DNA of 64,000 nucleotides from Pyrinomonadaceae bacterium (GTDB lineage Bacteria; Acidobacteriota; Blastocatellia; Pyrinomonadales; Pyrinomonadaceae): NCBI GenBank assembly GCA_035279345.1, contig DATEHX010000260.1, positions 5,606 to 69,605 of the forward strand, read 5' to 3'. Shown piece by piece: positions 62,227 to 64,000 of this stretch (position 1 is its first letter; each line of letters starts with the position of its first letter). The notes under the pieces were generated by a model. It saw only the letters and a program-made list of their open reading frames with translations, ran no database searches and was not told where the DNA came from. The position numbers and the translations under genes were made by a program.

Positions 62227-63867
62227 ATGACGAAAGTGTTGCTGACGTCGGTTTTCCGTCCTTTTGGTGAAGCAAGCAGGTTCAACAAAGCCGGCGATGA
62301 AGAGTTGTTGGACTACCTGGCTTCACGTCTCACGCGCGAGCCGGGACTATTCGCGTTGAGTAGTTACGTGCCTGCTTCCAGTTTGCATCTCATCGGTGCG
62401 AACCTGCCGGCCGAAACACGCGTGCTCGAGACGCCGAGCGTCGAAGAGTTCATTGCCGAACTCAAGAAAGGTCCAGATTACGTCGGGATCTCCACGCTCA
62501 TTAAAGGCTTCGGGAAAGTGTCCAAGATGATCGCGCTCACGAGGCACTACGCGCCCAAGGCAAAGGTCGTGGTCGGAGGTTTCGGCACCGCGCTCGATGA
62601 AATCGAACAACTCAAGCCTGATTACATCTCCAAAGGCGAAGGCGTGCGTTTCATGCGCAAGCTTTTGGGCGCGGAACCTGAGGTTCCCTTCATTCATCCG
62701 CGTGTGCAGGCGCAAATGACGCTCAGAATCTTTCGCGACTACAACTTTCTCGACAAGGAGACGATGGGCCTCATCACCAGCGGCTTCGGCTGTCCTCATG
62801 CCTGTGACTTTTGCAGCACGTCGGCTTACTTCGGCTATCGCGCGATTCCGTTCCTGACCGATGGCAAGGCGATGTACGAAGCCATGAAGGGACAATGCCG
62901 CGAGTCAAACGGCAAGACCAGCAACTTCCTGATCTTCGAAGAAGACCTCATGCTCTTCAAAAACAAGGTCTCGGAAATGGGTGAACTGATCGAGAAGGAT
63001 CCGCAGGACAGTTTGGGTTATGCCTGCTTTGCCACTGTCAAAGCATTGTCTCGTTCGGATCTGGAAAAGATTATCGCGGGCGGTTTTCAACACGTTTGGA
63101 TCGGCGTCGAGTCGATGGCTGTCCCTTACAAGAAAGGTGAGGGGCGCGACATGAAAGGCTTGTTTGACGAGCTGCATTCTTACGGTGTTACGACCACAGG
63201 TTCGATGATCTTCGGTCTGGACCATCACACGCCGGAGATGATTCCGCACGAGACCGAATACATGTCTACACTGCGACCCTCGACTTGCCAGTTCGGCAGT
63301 CTGCTTCCGGCGACGGGGACCGAGTTGCGCAAGCGGCTCGAAGACGAGGGAAGAATCCGCAACTTCGATTACCGCGAATCAGACCTCTTCTCGGATGTGT
63401 TGATTCACCCGAATTTCAAGGAAGGTCAACTGAAGGAAGTCACGCTAAAGGCTTACGAGGATCTCTACGAAGCGATCGGCCCTTCGATCTATCGCTTATG
63501 GACCACGTGGTTCGCCGGTTACAAGAAACTAAACGGGAACCCCCGTCTCGGCCTGCGCAAACGAGCGGAAGTTTACGCCTCGCGTGTGAAACGACTCCGG
63601 CCACTCTTCATGCAAACGGGAGCGTTCCTGCCAAACGATGAGATCCGGCGCCAGGTAGATGAAACACTGCGAGAAGTGGCTTCGGAATTTGGCCCGGCGA
63701 CGGTCAGCGAGCACGGTCGTGCCGAACTCTTCAAACACATCTTCGCCTTGGAAGAGGCCAAGAGCCGGCACCTGGAGAAGAAGTTTGTCGAGCCTTCTCT
63801 GAATGTACGCGACTATGGTCCATACATGGAAAATGTTGCGGCGATGCGTTCTTTTTCGGCGGCTTAA
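62227..63867 (+). CDS. B12-binding-domain radical SAM enzyme (class B rSAM)
   Basis: The N-terminal Rossmann-like B12-binding region is PDYVGISTLIKGFGKVSKMIALTRHYAPKAKVVVGGFG. The radical SAM motif is GCPHACDFC (CxxxCxxC, 62791..62814). Confidence 0.8.
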   Translation: MTKVLLTSVFRPFGEASRFNKAGDEELLDYLASRLTREPGLFALSSYVPASSLHLIGANLPAETRVLETPSVEEFIAELKKGPDYVGISTLIKGFGKVSKMIALTRHYAPKAKVVVGGFGTALDEIEQLKPDYISKGEGVRFMRKLLGAEPEVPFIHPRVQAQMTLRIFRDYNFLDKETMGLITSGFGCPHACDFCSTSAYFGYRAIPFLTDGKAMYEAMKGQCRESNGKTSNFLIFEEDLMLFKNKVSEMGELIEKDPQDSLGYACFATVKALSRSDLEKIIAGGFQHVWIGVESMAVPYKKGEGRDMKGLFDELHSYGVTTTGSMIFGLDHHTPEMIPHETEYMSTLRPSTCQFGSLLPATGTELRKRLEDEGRIRNFDYRESDLFSDVLIHPNFKEGQLKEVTLKAYEDLYEAIGPSIYRLWTTWFAGYKKLNGNPRLGLRKRAEVYASRVKRLRPLFMQTGAFLPNDEIRRQVDETLREVASEFGPATVSEHGRAELFKHIFALEEAKSRHLEKKFVEPSLNVRDYGPYMENVAAMRSFSAA

Positions 63868-63882
63868 CTGAAAGGAAAGTCA

Positions 63883-64000
63883 ATGGCCAAGAAAAAAATG
63901 TTACTCACCACCGCTCCTGTCGAAGAGATCGTTCTCACGGCACGCGCGCATAGAAAAAACCCGACCCTGCGCACGATCGATGAATGCTTCCACCTCGGAA
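63883..64000 (+). CDS. 5' end of a further ORF, truncated by the window edge
   Basis: The ATG follows an AGGAA-type SD. The translation MAKKKMLLTTAPVEEIVLTARAHRKN... is open to the window end, and the N-terminus loosely resembles that of the preceding rSAM protein (MTKVLLTSVF). Confidence 0.4.
   Translation, partial: MAKKKMLLTTAPVEEIVLTARAHRKNPTLRTIDECFHLG

Overview
The window is 64 kb of a moderately GC-rich bacterial chromosome. By eye it has soil-bacterium-like gene content, possibly Acidobacteriota-like, but I cannot verify the taxon. I recognised no rRNA, tRNA, CRISPR array, transposase or integrase. From left to right it contains: (1) The 3' end of a phage-tail-like extracellular contractile injection system (eCIS) locus. 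This comprises a truncated baseplate gene, two paralogous conserved hypotheticals, and three tandem polymorphic DUF4157 (HExxH) proteins with unrelated C-terminal domains, which are candidate effectors. (2) Housekeeping and accessory genes: an Lgt-like protein, a frameshifted GT2 and a secreted M36 fungalysin-like protease. (3) An exported CHAT-TPR protein with an ECF-like sigma and a membrane anti-sigma-like gene. (4) A decayed patch holding a nucleotidyltransferase fragment, a 160-bp MITE-like element, a histidine-kinase remnant and an orphan GH19-like lysozyme. (5) A MacAB-like efflux operon, cutC, a repetitive Cys-loop secreted protein, a GT39-like glycosyltransferase, an MMPL/RND exporter and an AT-rich Ser/Thr kinase. 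(6) A compact, translationally coupled enediyne-type PKS cassette (UnbL-UnbV-UnbU-PKSE-TEBC) followed by an AraC regulator, with no tailoring or resistance genes nearby. (7) A second CHAT-TPR locus that ends in a tandem and inverted REP/terminator-like repeat array, followed by an S8 protease. (8) The start of a cluster encoding an SBP-like protein, an ACP and a B12-radical-SAM enzyme, which runs off the window. All family assignments rest on motif recognition by eye. No searches were run.
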